From contig QQSC01000006.1 of NCBI GenBank assembly GCA_003602475.1, positions 32,116 through 96,115 on the forward strand: 64,000 bases of DNA. Direction: 5' to 3'. The notes under the pieces are model-generated. The model ran no database searches and had not been told where the DNA came from. It saw nothing but the letters and a program-made list of their open reading frames with translations. How positions within the stretch are numbered: position 1 is the first letter of the stretch; every line of letters begins with the position of its first letter. Below are positions 19,133 to 28,435 of the stretch, piece by piece. The position numbers were made by a program, and so were the translations under genes. Origin of the DNA: Candidatus Poseidoniales archaeon. Its GTDB lineage: Archaea > Thermoplasmatota > Poseidoniia > Poseidoniales > Poseidoniaceae.

Positions 19133-19528
19133 ATGGAAGCGCCCGTCTTTGTGTTGGCCTGGGTCACTGAACTCCATGAGCAAATCACACCGATGGGTGA
19201 AGGCGGCAAGGTCCTTTTTGTGCATCATCCGTCCAGGGGATGGGAAATCCCCGGAGGACATGTAGAAGGCGGTGAAACACCTAAAGAAGCCCTGTCAAGA
19301 GAACTGAAGGAAGAGACAGGTCTCGAAGGGCAATTCATGGGATGGAACACCGAATATTACCCAAAGGGCTGGGTCGGGCATGTTGTTGTCAATCCCACCC
19401 GTGAAGTTCACTGGACAGTGGAAGACAGCAAGGTCACAGAGGTTCGCTGGTGGGATCGCACACCGCCCGTGATCTCATGGACGCCTGAAGAGTTTGAAGA
19501 GCTCTCAGTGTTGTTCGCCGACAGATGA
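19133..19528 (+). CDS. Nudix hydrolase
   Basis: The Nudix box GGHVEGGETPKEALSRELKEETGL is present. The ATG lies 2 nt after the upstream stop. Confidence 0.8.
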   Translation: MEAPVFVLAWVTELHEQITPMGEGGKVLFVHHPSRGWEIPGGHVEGGETPKEALSRELKEETGLEGQFMGWNTEYYPKGWVGHVVVNPTREVHWTVEDSKVTEVRWWDRTPPVISWTPEEFEELSVLFADR

Positions 19529-20596
19529 CGGATCAATCATCGTGAGAATCGCTAACCGGCGGCCCCATGTCTCGGTCATGATGTCCGTCTCGCTGCAAGC
19601 TTGCGCAACTGCAGCCAACATCGGATCGTTCACCTGTTCAGGATCTGACATCAAGTCGTCAAAAACGTTCATTTTTCCCATCTTGTGAGCAAGCGTTAGC
19701 ATGGCCCGTACATCGGGTCGTTCTGGACCGCCGTATCCGTCCTCCAGATGCTTAACGCACCAATCGAAGACAGCGTCCAAATCCTGAGGGTGCACCGCAA
19801 GTTTGGGACGCTCCTCATCCAAATCCACTGGTTTCGCAGCTTCAACCTGTTCATGCATTGGAGCTGCATCAAGGTCACCACAATCGCTTGCAAGGTCCAA
19901 GAAGAGGGCACCTCCTTCAATGGCCATTTGGACTTGACCAGCCAACATGGCGTGTTTATGGGCGTTCCAAGCATGTCGAGCGGCATCAAAAGGATGGCCG
20001 AGTCGGTGGCGAATTCTTGACGCCCCGAGTCGAGAAATGGCGATGGTTTCGTGAGCATGCCCCCCAGTGCGTGAAAGATCACCGTACACCTGTAGCGCCA
20101 TCAGATCCTCTCCCCTCGCCAAATGAAAGGCTGCTTTGTTCAGCAGGGACAGGTCGTGATCTCTGCTGGCCTTTGCCACGGACTTTAGTCTGGTTTCAGC
20201 CCATGTCAGGTCCTCTTCAGCACCCTCATGATCACCGGCTTCAAACAACGACAGGCCGCGTTCCATACGAAGACGACCTTCAAGGGCCAAGTCCCGAGTT
20301 TCTGGCGTTCTCACTACCTGAAGAGCCGACTCAATCACTTCTGTCAAATGCACGTCGCCCAGCCATCTCCGTCGCACCAATCCCAGCACAGCCTTCTCAC
20401 CTGGTGTGAGGTGAACTTCCATTGCATCAAGCAATTCAGGAGCGTCCAAAAACAGGGCTGCTTCGGCCAATGTCAGCCAGGATGGCCAATTCATTTCCTC
20501 CTTCCATTGGCCCAGCGTTTCGCTGTCTACGGGACCTTCTGTTCGCCATCGTGAGATCAGTCGCCCCGGACCTTCTTGCGGTTCAATCGTCGTCAT
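19505..20596 (-). CDS. Hypothetical helical protein (last gene of the exosome/proteasome operon string)
   Basis: It is 363 aa. Its start overlaps the DHH gene stop by 14 nt, and its 3' end overlaps the convergent Nudix gene by 24 nt. I recognise no family. Confidence 0.5.
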   Translation of the reverse strand: MTTIEPQEGPGRLISRWRTEGPVDSETLGQWKEEMNWPSWLTLAEAALFLDAPELLDAMEVHLTPGEKAVLGLVRRRWLGDVHLTEVIESALQVVRTPETRDLALEGRLRMERGLSLFEAGDHEGAEEDLTWAETRLKSVAKASRDHDLSLLNKAAFHLARGEDLMALQVYGDLSRTGGHAHETIAISRLGASRIRHRLGHPFDAARHAWNAHKHAMLAGQVQMAIEGGALFLDLASDCGDLDAAPMHEQVEAAKPVDLDEERPKLAVHPQDLDAVFDWCVKHLEDGYGGPERPDVRAMLTLAHKMGKMNVFDDLMSDPEQVNDPMLAAVAQACSETDIMTETWGRRLAILTMIDPSSVGEQH

Positions 20597-21602
20597 CGTG
20601 CATCACCTGTAGTGGGAGTTGGGCAAGGGCGTTCAAAAATGCTGACTCTGCTTCCACAGGGTCGTTGGTGCCGGACCATCCAGCAGCACCGTTGTGGCCT
20701 CCCCCATTTCCGCCGATTCGTTCAGCGACCTGTTCCATGACGCGACCGAGATGAACTCCCCGCAAGACGCTGTCACGCGGCGCACGTCCCGTCATGCGGG
20801 TCTCTCCGTGGCGATGACGAACAACAACAACTGCATCGCAACCAAGGCTGTTCAGCGACGAAGCCACACGTCCTTCAAGTGTGCCTGCGGAGGTACGAAT
20901 CACCGACCATGGTCCTGCTTCAGTCATTTCAGCCCGCTGAAACCCTCGAAGAATGGCCCCCCTGTCGCTTGAAGTAAGTTTCTCTGATTCCAATTTCTCA
21001 AGGAATGCAGCATAATCTATGTCGCCAGCGTCAATCAAGTTTGAGGCCACCTGAAAAGCCTGAGCGTTGGCATGTCGAAATCGACCAGTATCCGTCACCA
21101 ACCCTGCAAGAAGGAATTCACACACCGGTTTTGAAAGCGCTGAGGGCTGATGCTTGAGGAGGTACCCAGCCACCATGATGGTGGTGGAACGCACGTCCCA
21201 TTTGAGTGAACAATCAGCGGGTCCCAAATCCCATCCGTCGGTAGCATGGTGATCAAGCACACAAATCGGAACATCTGGCAAATGAACACCCGTTTGATCG
21301 GGAGCTGCAGCATCTACAACAATCACGCCCCCCAACTGAGAAGGCCACGTTGCATGCCCGGCTTTCAAATGTCGAAACGGTGCATGATGTTGAGCAACAA
21401 GACGACTGGCTAATCGACCGGTGTGAACGCCGCATGCCATCAAATTCGTATGGGATGAGGCCAATGCAACGGCTGAACCAATGGTGTCCATGTCTCCATT
21501 TCGCCCAGTTAACACCGCAACAGCGCCCCGCTGAACTGCGGCATCCATCCAAGAGGCCAACAGGTCAAGATCCGCCAACTGGGCGGTGGTCCAACCCATC
21601 AT
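20583..21602 (-). CDS. DHH/DHHA1 phosphoesterase (NrnA/RecJ-like)
   Basis: Motifs are GDMDTIGSAVAL, VLDHHAT (DHH) and GGNGGGHNGAAG (the DHHA1 GGGH motif). It has an ATGA overlap with the prefoldin gene. Confidence 0.85.
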   Translation of the reverse strand: MMGWTTAQLADLDLLASWMDAAVQRGAVAVLTGRNGDMDTIGSAVALASSHTNLMACGVHTGRLASRLVAQHHAPFRHLKAGHATWPSQLGGVIVVDAAAPDQTGVHLPDVPICVLDHHATDGWDLGPADCSLKWDVRSTTIMVAGYLLKHQPSALSKPVCEFLLAGLVTDTGRFRHANAQAFQVASNLIDAGDIDYAAFLEKLESEKLTSSDRGAILRGFQRAEMTEAGPWSVIRTSAGTLEGRVASSLNSLGCDAVVVVRHRHGETRMTGRAPRDSVLRGVHLGRVMEQVAERIGGNGGGHNGAAGWSGTNDPVEAESAFLNALAQLPLQVMHDDDD

Positions 21603-21919
21603 TCGCTCGCACCCTCAAGTGATTTCTTGAGCTCATCGTAGGTGGCTACGAGTTGAAGCTCCCTCTCCTCGAATCGTTTGAGATGAAGGTTCAAGGCCTG
21701 TTGTGAGGCTTCCAGTTCAACGACCAGAGCGTCGCGGTCTGCAACTTCAACCAATACACCTCCCAACTGACGATGCAGGGAAAGATTCTCTGGTTGGGCT
21801 TTGACCGCTTCAATCGTGTTCGCCAGTTCTTGAACTTGAGCGCGTACGGAGCCGACTTGTTGTCGTGCCGCTTGAACTTCAGCGACGACGACTTGGAGTT
21901 GTTCGAGAGAGGAAGACAT
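21599..21919 (-). CDS. pfdB: Prefoldin beta subunit
   Basis: It is a 106-aa coiled-coil protein reading LEQLQVVVAEVQ...LHRQLGGVLVEV...ELEASQQALNLHLKRFEERE. The start is set at the internal ATG. Confidence 0.7.
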   Translation of the reverse strand: MSSSLEQLQVVVAEVQAARQQVGSVRAQVQELANTIEAVKAQPENLSLHRQLGGVLVEVADRDALVVELEASQQALNLHLKRFEERELQLVATYDELKKSLEGASE

Positions 21920-21951
21920 AGCGGCACCCGATGTTCTCTTGAGATTGAGGT

Positions 21952-22182
21952 TCAAGAATGCTTTCCGAGAACCTTCAGGACGTTGTCGGTCGCTATGAGC
22001 CCCCGTAGCCTGGTGTTCCACATTGCTCTCAAGTCCTTGCAATTGGCTTCATTTACAACCAATTCAAACGACGTAGGTGATCTCCAGACCACGTCGCATT
22101 CGGTGGACAAGGACGACGCCAAGGCCTTTGCATCTTGTTCAGAATGTCCCGATACGCTAAGTCCAATGGACCAAGCGGTCAT
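21952..22182 (-). CDS. pcc1: KEOPS subunit Pcc1-like
   Basis: The 76-aa product SEQDAKALASSLSTE...FELVVNEANCKDLRAMWNTRLRGLIATDNVLKVL matches the Pcc1 pattern (A.D..ALRa..NS.LR.i). The ATG lies 5 nt after the eL43 stop. Confidence 0.55.
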   Translation of the reverse strand: MTAWSIGLSVSGHSEQDAKALASSLSTECDVVWRSPTSFELVVNEANCKDLRAMWNTRLRGLIATDNVLKVLGKHS

Positions 22183-22187
22183 GAGAA

Positions 22188-22547
22188 TCACTCTTCTTCC
22201 GTGTGAAGACCTTCGGCAAGTTCTCGCTCGTACCGCATTGCGGCTTCCTGAGCGATGTAGGCCATGTCGGCTGTTGTGGCTCCATCGACTGAACGTCGGA
22301 GGATGCGGTTGTTGGTGTCCGAGGCCCGTGTGAACGGTTCCCAAGCACCACCAGCAAAGGTGTGATCGCATTTCTTGCAGGACCAAATTCCGACGGACTG
22401 GCGCTCAACCTTCTGGTATTGACAGACTGGGCAGGTGTATTTCTTGGAGCGCTTAGCCATGGCAGATCCAGCGTTTCGTCGTACTGAAACACCGTATCGT
22501 GCACCAAATCGTGCTGTTGCGCCAGCCTTCTGGGTTCGCTTTGCCAC
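22188..22547 (-). CDS. rpl37ae: Ribosomal protein eL43 (L37Ae) with C-terminal extension
   Basis: It begins MAKRTQKAGATARFGARYG and has the zinc ribbon CPVC...CKKC. At 119 aa it is longer than the ~90 aa I expect for archaea. Confidence 0.9.
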   Translation of the reverse strand: MAKRTQKAGATARFGARYGVSVRRNAGSAMAKRSKKYTCPVCQYQKVERQSVGIWSCKKCDHTFAGGAWEPFTRASDTNNRILRRSVDGATTADMAYIAQEAAMRYERELAEGLHTEEE

Positions 22548-23336
22548 TCAGTTCGCCTCCTGTTCTGCTACGAGTTTTCGAAGTTCCACGCATCGGGTTT
22601 GTGCCACTTCGAATATCTCTGCAAACTCGGCGGGAGTGAACACCCCTTTTAGCCCCTTCTGTAGAGAATGGAGGTGTCCCTTGTCACCGAGAGTGATGTG
22701 GATGCGTTCGTCGCCTCCCAATTCTTCCTCTTCTGAGGCATCGAGGACGTATCGACCACCAACACGAGTAAACGAGGCCATAATGGGTGTACCGTTCACG
22801 GACAGGGTGTGATCTTCACCGACATCGAACCGTTCTGCGGGAACAACTGCTGTTCGCAATGCTGCGATAGCCGCCAATCCACAAGCGTCGAAGATGTTGC
22901 CCTGATCCGAAAGGACATGGAGGTCGATCATGACGCCCCAAACTTTCTCGCCGGGGACGATGCAGAGTTCTGCCATATCGATGCAACCGGATTCACGGAT
23001 GCCTCGATCTACGACTCGGCCGAGTTCAATGGATTGAGGTGAAGGGGGGCCAGGCTCGTACTTGCGGCCAGCCACCGGGCGAAGTTCAGCTCCGCACATC
23101 AAGGAACCCTGAGCGGGACGGTCTGGCCAAGGTGTTCGGAGTTCGAATTTGACACCGGCGTAAACGATTGTACCGCCAATGGTGACCTTAGCGGACCCTT
23201 CGGCGTTGTAGAGGCAGTCCGTTTCGAGGGTGACATCCCTGCTGCCCCAACGGGAGCGGCCGTCCAAACGTTGGTCAGCGTCAGCGAGTCGAGACAGTTC
23301 TTGTCGCAAGAGTGTGGGCACAAGGTCAACCATCAA
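22548..23336 (-). CDS. rrp42: Exosome subunit Rrp42 (RNase PH-like, non-catalytic)
   Basis: It shows the RNase PH fold pattern (RLDGRS...GSAKVTIGGT) and sits after Rrp41 in the conserved gene order. Confidence 0.88.
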   Translation of the reverse strand: MMVDLVPTLLRQELSRLADADQRLDGRSRWGSRDVTLETDCLYNAEGSAKVTIGGTIVYAGVKFELRTPWPDRPAQGSLMCGAELRPVAGRKYEPGPPSPQSIELGRVVDRGIRESGCIDMAELCIVPGEKVWGVMIDLHVLSDQGNIFDACGLAAIAALRTAVVPAERFDVGEDHTLSVNGTPIMASFTRVGGRYVLDASEEEELGGDERIHITLGDKGHLHSLQKGLKGVFTPAEFAEIFEVAQTRCVELRKLVAEQEAN

Positions 23337-24064
23337 GCCTCACCTCCTTCGTATCGTCGCTGAAGCGCTTCCACCATGATGTCGTGAATCTCTCCAGCTG
23401 CTTTGAAGTTGTATTCCATGGCGAGGTTGAACTCGTCCGGAGAGAGGTCACCGTCCATCTGGAGGAAGGCCACCTCACCCGTGTTGGGAAGAATACCCAC
23501 AGGCAGGTCGGCTTGGCCGTAGTTGTCTTCGGCTTTGTCCAAGTCGAGAACGACGGTGTCTTCGATCTTACCTGAGGCAACGCCCACGATGAGGTCCCGC
23601 ATGGGAATACCAGCGTCAGCCAAGGCCACCGCAGCAGCGGTTATACCAACGCAGCGAGTACCGGCTTCTGCCGCAAGGATTTCGATTTCAACTCGAATCT
23701 TCGAGCGTGGGAACCGCTCAACGAGGACCACGGACTCAAGGGCTTCAGCCGTAACTTTCGAAATCTCTCGAGACCGACGGTTGAATCCAGGACGGATTCG
23801 GTCGGAGGTGGAAAAGGGTGCCATGTTGTATCGGACATCGATCACAGCACGGTCCTGTCGCTGAATCTTGCGAGGGTGAGCTTCCATGGGGCCGTACACG
23901 GCCACAACGGCCACGTTCAATCCGTGTGTAACACGGGCTGAACCGTCAGCGGCAGGCAGAACCCCCGCTTCGACCGTCACAGGACGAAGTTCGTCCAAGG
24001 CACGACCGTCCAATCGTTTTCCATCATCTCGCAGAAGTTGTACATCTCCATATCCACCCATCAA
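23333..24064 (-). CDS. rrp41: Exosome subunit Rrp41 (RNase PH-like, catalytic)
   Basis: The sequence RLDGRALDELRPV...DGSARVTHG...YNMAPFST is present. It has ATGA-type overlaps with both neighbours. Confidence 0.92.
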   Translation of the reverse strand: MMGGYGDVQLLRDDGKRLDGRALDELRPVTVEAGVLPAADGSARVTHGLNVAVVAVYGPMEAHPRKIQRQDRAVIDVRYNMAPFSTSDRIRPGFNRRSREISKVTAEALESVVLVERFPRSKIRVEIEILAAEAGTRCVGITAAAVALADAGIPMRDLIVGVASGKIEDTVVLDLDKAEDNYGQADLPVGILPNTGEVAFLQMDGDLSPDEFNLAMEYNFKAAGEIHDIMVEALQRRYEGGEA

Positions 24065-24750
24065 GCATCACCTTTGTTCAATTGTTCAAGTTCCGCCATC
24101 AAGGCGTCAAAATCCGTTTTGTGACCCTCGTTGGTCACTCGCTGGAGAGCGTTTCGAGTCCATGCGATCCCGTCACTGCTTCCATCCACCCATACTCGAC
24201 CGTTTTCGCCCACCATAATGCGGCAATCGCTGAGGTCGCGAAGTGTTTGCAAGCGTTCGTTGTTGGCACCTCGAATCCGGTCCACGTGTTGCACAGGAAC
24301 GTCAAGCACAGCGCCTTGGTTGAGTTTCCTCAAACCGACGCCTTTCATCGTGAGAACGACGTTGTGGCATTCGTCGACTTCTTGCACACGTGCGAGCACG
24401 ACATCGCCGACATCCATGTAGATGCGAGCGGCCCCGAATTCAACCTTCCAAGGCGCCAATGACATGGGCAACAAGCCTTGGAACGATCCGTTGATGTTGA
24501 GGAACCAGAGGTTGTTTCGAACCTCGGCAACAACACCCACCACAAGGTCACCCGAACGAGGCATGTAAGCAGCGTTGATGGGGTTCACCGAGACGGTGTT
24601 GTGTTGCGTTTGAAGCCATCCAAGTCGGGTGGCAATGAATTCATCGTTTTTGGCAATTATGCCACTTCCTGCTCGCATCCCGGCGGAAGGCCCAACGGCC
24701 ATCCCCGGGGTCACGAGGCGCTGCTCGGCGCCGGTCTGACCTTGGGACAT
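24061..24750 (-). CDS. rrp4: Exosome subunit Rrp4 (S1 + KH)
   Basis: The sequence RLVTPGMAV...GDLVVGVV...W.LNINGS is S1-like, and the C-terminal part is KH-like. The start is set at the internal ATG (MSQGQ). Confidence 0.88.
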   Translation of the reverse strand: MSQGQTGAEQRLVTPGMAVGPSAGMRAGSGIIAKNDEFIATRLGWLQTQHNTVSVNPINAAYMPRSGDLVVGVVAEVRNNLWFLNINGSFQGLLPMSLAPWKVEFGAARIYMDVGDVVLARVQEVDECHNVVLTMKGVGLRKLNQGAVLDVPVQHVDRIRGANNERLQTLRDLSDCRIMVGENGRVWVDGSSDGIAWTRNALQRVTNEGHKTDFDALMAELEQLNKGDA

Positions 24751-24811
24751 TCTATTCTCTCCAATCCGGCCGAGCCGCCATCCCATGATAAAGGCCACCC
24801 AAGGGCCGCCC

Positions 24812-25504
24812 TTACGAATTCATCTCTTTGACTTCAGCGTCTGAGCATTTCCTCATCACCAACCCAATGAGTTCTCCCTTCATCCCCGCAGGACACTCGA
24901 CGACACATGCCCACGAGCCGTCTTCCAACCATCCTTCCCGTTGTTGATGGGGTCGAAGCACTTTGTGAACGCCTCCGTAAGCCGAGCCTGGTATCTTAAA
25001 CGCCAATTTGACGGTCTCAAACGAAAGCGGAAGCAGAGGCTTCAGTTTCTTGATGGCGTCCTTGACCTGCTCTTCAAGACGCTTGAAGGGGTCAACAGAA
25101 TATCTGGATTCCTCAAGCGCAAGCTCCAGCCGGGTCTTGGGATGTGGAGATTTCGTGCTGGGATCGACCGCCCGTGTGTGAATGTGATGGATGATTTGCT
25201 GTCGCATTTTTTCGACCATTTGTTTGCGTTGAGCGGTCGTAAGTTGAAGAGAACCTTTGTTCAAGATGGTCGTGGTGATGATCACGATGTCTTGAGAGCC
25301 AAACGTCTTCTCAATGGCGTCTTCAGTTGGTCGTTCTCCGCCACGTGCGTCATGAAAAACCTCATCCATCGCCAGAAAGTCTTCGATGTCCACCGAAGCC
25401 GGATCTTGTTTGAACGCATCAACAAGGTTCGGATCGACCAGGACCTCGTAACGTTTACCGCCTTTTTCCAACCGGGCGAGAACGGCATCGTCAAGGCTCA
25501 CCAT
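24812..25504 (-). CDS. sdo1: SBDS-family ribosome maturation protein
   Basis: The sequence ARLEKGGKRYEVLVDPNLV...DEVF.DARGGERP is present. It occupies the conserved position between psmA and rrp4. Confidence 0.88.
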   Translation of the reverse strand: MVSLDDAVLARLEKGGKRYEVLVDPNLVDAFKQDPASVDIEDFLAMDEVFHDARGGERPTEDAIEKTFGSQDIVIITTTILNKGSLQLTTAQRKQMVEKMRQQIIHHIHTRAVDPSTKSPHPKTRLELALEESRYSVDPFKRLEEQVKDAIKKLKPLLPLSFETVKLAFKIPGSAYGGVHKVLRPHQQREGWLEDGSWACVVECPAGMKGELIGLVMRKCSDAEVKEMNS

Positions 25505-25550
25505 GATGGTTCACCCGGAAGATTCGCACCCATGGAAATGAACTTGTCGC

Positions 25551-26273
25551 TCACTCGTCAAGGGGTTTCAATCGGTCAATTTGCTTGTAGACTGCCTCGC
25601 GGTCCAAGACACGGTAGCCGTTTGAATCGACAACCGTGACTTCCACTGCTTCCCGATTAAGGTCCGAGTCGTTGGCCGAGCGCAAGGCTTCCAGTCCGAG
25701 TTTCATGGCTGCGTTAAGCGTCATGTTGTCTTTCCAGTTGTCTTCAAAGAATTCAATGACGGTGTTGCGACCAGAGCCAATGGCTCCGGCGTGGTAGGAC
25801 TGGTAGGCACCAGAGGGGTCTGTCTCGTAGAGATGGATGCCGTTGTCATCGACGCCTCCAATCAAAAGGGCAGTGCCGAAAGGTCGTGAACCACCGTACT
25901 GTGTGAAGGATTGCTTGAAGTCACAGATTTTCTTAACGAGCACCTCGATGGGGACTGTAGCGGCATAGGTGATCCGGTTGATTTGGGCTTCGACACGGGC
26001 ACGAGCCACGAGTTGGCGAGCGTCAGCCACGAGTCCAGAGGTTGCGATTCCAACGTGACCGTCAACCTTGAACATCTTCTCAATCGATTCTGGGATGATC
26101 AAACGACTGATGATGCGCTTGTCGCACACAAGGACCACGCCGTCCTTGAATTTCAGTCCGGCTGTTGTGGTTCCACGCTTCACAGACTCACGGGCGTATT
26201 CGACTTGGAAAAGTCGTCCGTCTGGGCTGAATGTGGTAATTCCGTGGTCATATCCTCGTCCGCTTGGTTGCAT
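25551..26273 (-). CDS. psmA: Proteasome alpha subunit
   Basis: The sequence GYDHGITTFSPDGRLFQVEYA...GTTTAGLKFKDGVVL is present. The start is set at the ATG giving MQPSGRGYD. Confidence 0.95.
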   Translation of the reverse strand: MQPSGRGYDHGITTFSPDGRLFQVEYARESVKRGTTTAGLKFKDGVVLVCDKRIISRLIIPESIEKMFKVDGHVGIATSGLVADARQLVARARVEAQINRITYAATVPIEVLVKKICDFKQSFTQYGGSRPFGTALLIGGVDDNGIHLYETDPSGAYQSYHAGAIGSGRNTVIEFFEDNWKDNMTLNAAMKLGLEALRSANDSDLNREAVEVTVVDSNGYRVLDREAVYKQIDRLKPLDE

Positions 26274-26419
26274 AGTATTACCTCGAGTTGTTCCTTTCCT
26301 TGACACTTTATGAGCATGCGGGTGCTGTCGCTTGCTGTATCAACAAGGATAAATCGGCCACCCCGTATGAACCCTCGCCGGTAAACAGCCTTGATGAGGG
26401 GGTAGAATCTCGCAGGTCC

Positions 26420-27067
26420 ATGCGAGTGGCGGTTCTCAGTTCGGGAGGCAAGGACTCAGCAGCAGCATGGTGGTGGGCCATTTGCCGAGGGTGGGAAGTC
26501 AAAGCCTTGGTCACGGTTGATGTCCAGGGTGATGATTCTCCAATGTTTCAAATCACCGGCACTCATCTTGTTGAGGAACAGGCTTTGCTGGCTGGAATTG
26601 AATGGATCAACGTACCCACCGATGGAACCACGGACAACGACATGAACGATTTGGCCAAGGCCCTGTCAAATCTGGACATTGATGGTTTTGTGAGCGGTGC
26701 TCTTCGTTCAGATTATCAGAAATCTCGACTTGAGCGGATGGGCCAGCGGCTCAACCTCCACAGCTGGACGCCTTTGTGGCATCAAGATGGGAACACCCAT
26801 GTGCTCGAGTTGATTAAAAACGGTTTTGAAATCATGATCACCAGCGTAAGTTGTGAAGGATTGGACGATACTTGGCTCGGCCAAACCTTAACCCTTGATT
26901 CGTTCAAACAACTGCAGAACCTCGCTCGAACCCACCGGTTCAATGTTGAAGGAGAAGGGGGGGAGTACGAGACGCTTGTGCTAACAGGTCCTCACATGAA
27001 CGGACGTCTAGAAGTGAAAGCAGCACCAATATGGGACGGCCGACGGGGTTCCCTTCGCTTTCATTGA
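26420..27067 (+). CDS. PP-loop ATPase of the diphthine-ammonia ligase (Dph6/MJ0570) family
   Basis: The PP-loop MRVAVLSSGGKDS is present and the C-terminus reads GEGGEYETLVL. The start is set at the internal ATG. Confidence 0.72.
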   Translation: MRVAVLSSGGKDSAAAWWWAICRGWEVKALVTVDVQGDDSPMFQITGTHLVEEQALLAGIEWINVPTDGTTDNDMNDLAKALSNLDIDGFVSGALRSDYQKSRLERMGQRLNLHSWTPLWHQDGNTHVLELIKNGFEIMITSVSCEGLDDTWLGQTLTLDSFKQLQNLARTHRFNVEGEGGEYETLVLTGPHMNGRLEVKAAPIWDGRRGSLRFH

Positions 27068-28410
27068 ACTGCAGAACGGGCAAGAGCAACGGCTTCGTCA
27101 ACCAGCTCCCCGGAAACACCAACGTGATTGAGTGGATTGAACATGGCCTCCAATTCTTCGGCTGAGAACGCCGCAGAGATGGTTGGCGTCCTGCTGCACA
27201 CATCGATGAGTTCCTCTTTATTGGCCACCGCTTCAAACGAAGCTGCCCTCAACACTTCATGAGCCTCGTCCCGAGGCACACCTGCATCCACGAGTTCGAT
27301 CATGACCTTTTCAGCCATGACAAGGCCTCGTTGTGAGGCGATGTTTTCAAGACAACGCTCGGCGTCTACCCACATGTTGGTCAAAACGTTCGCCGTTTTG
27401 GCAATCACGTCCTCACCGAGGGCTGAGGCGTGAGAAAGGGTGAATCGCTCGCTGCTGGAGTTGGCTAAATCTCGCTCGTGCCACAACAATGCGTTTTCGT
27501 ATGTTGGAATGATGAACGAACGAACAATACGGGCCAACCCTGATGCATTTTCGGACTTGATGGGGTTCTTTTTGTGAGCCATCGTTGAGGAACCCACTTG
27601 CTTCTTGACATCAAATCCTTCGCCAGCTTCAGCCAATTCTGAGCGTTGCAGGTTTCGAATTTCTTGGAGAATTTTCTCGCAAGTCGTGGCAACATTTGCC
27701 AACCAGGAAATGTACTCCACGTACCGGTCGCGACCAACAACTTGTGTGGTTGCCAACGGCACGCCCAACCCCAAGTGTTCCATGATGAGGCGTTGGAGTT
27801 CACGTGCATTGGCGCCTTGTGCTGCTCCGGTTCCCACGGCTCCGAGGAATTTACCAACGGCCACACGAGGAGAGGCCTCATCCAAACGGATGAGTTGACG
27901 GCGCAATTCATCAAGCCATACTGCGGCTTTGAGACCAAACGTGATAGGGACGGCCGCTTGTCCATGCGTTCGGCCCAGCATCACCGTGTCGCGTTCGCGT
28001 TCGGCGACATCTGCACAGACCGTGATGAGTTCACACAGTCGCTCACGGAGCAACACGATGCTGTCTCGAAGTTGCAGCGCAACCGCAGTATCAACGATGT
28101 CGTTGGAGGTGGCGCCCAAATGGATGCACCAACCCGCCTCACCGGCAGCCTCGGCCATGGCCTTGGTCAACGCCATAATGTCGTGACGTGTTTCGGCTTC
28201 AATCTCTGCGACCCGTTCTTTTGTCACCGTGTCGGGATTTGAAATTGAGGCAACCGTGTTGTAATCGGATTCCGTTACACGGCCGAGTTTCCAGTGGGCC
28301 CAAATGAGGGCGCGCTCAACCTCAAGTTGACGCTCATGACGACCGAGGTCGGACCATATTCGCTTGAAATCTTGGCATCCGTAACGGTAATCCAGAGGGC
28401 AGAAGGCCAT
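27061..28410 (-). CDS. purB: Adenylosuccinate lyase
   Basis: Motifs are PLDYRYG, HLGATSNDIVDTA and the signature loop GSSTMAHKKNP. Confidence 0.93.
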   Translation of the reverse strand: MAFCPLDYRYGCQDFKRIWSDLGRHERQLEVERALIWAHWKLGRVTESDYNTVASISNPDTVTKERVAEIEAETRHDIMALTKAMAEAAGEAGWCIHLGATSNDIVDTAVALQLRDSIVLLRERLCELITVCADVAERERDTVMLGRTHGQAAVPITFGLKAAVWLDELRRQLIRLDEASPRVAVGKFLGAVGTGAAQGANARELQRLIMEHLGLGVPLATTQVVGRDRYVEYISWLANVATTCEKILQEIRNLQRSELAEAGEGFDVKKQVGSSTMAHKKNPIKSENASGLARIVRSFIIPTYENALLWHERDLANSSSERFTLSHASALGEDVIAKTANVLTNMWVDAERCLENIASQRGLVMAEKVMIELVDAGVPRDEAHEVLRAASFEAVANKEELIDVCSRTPTISAAFSAEELEAMFNPLNHVGVSGELVDEAVALARSAVQ

Positions 28411-28435
28411 GTTGGATGGCTGGCGAGTCGATTCA

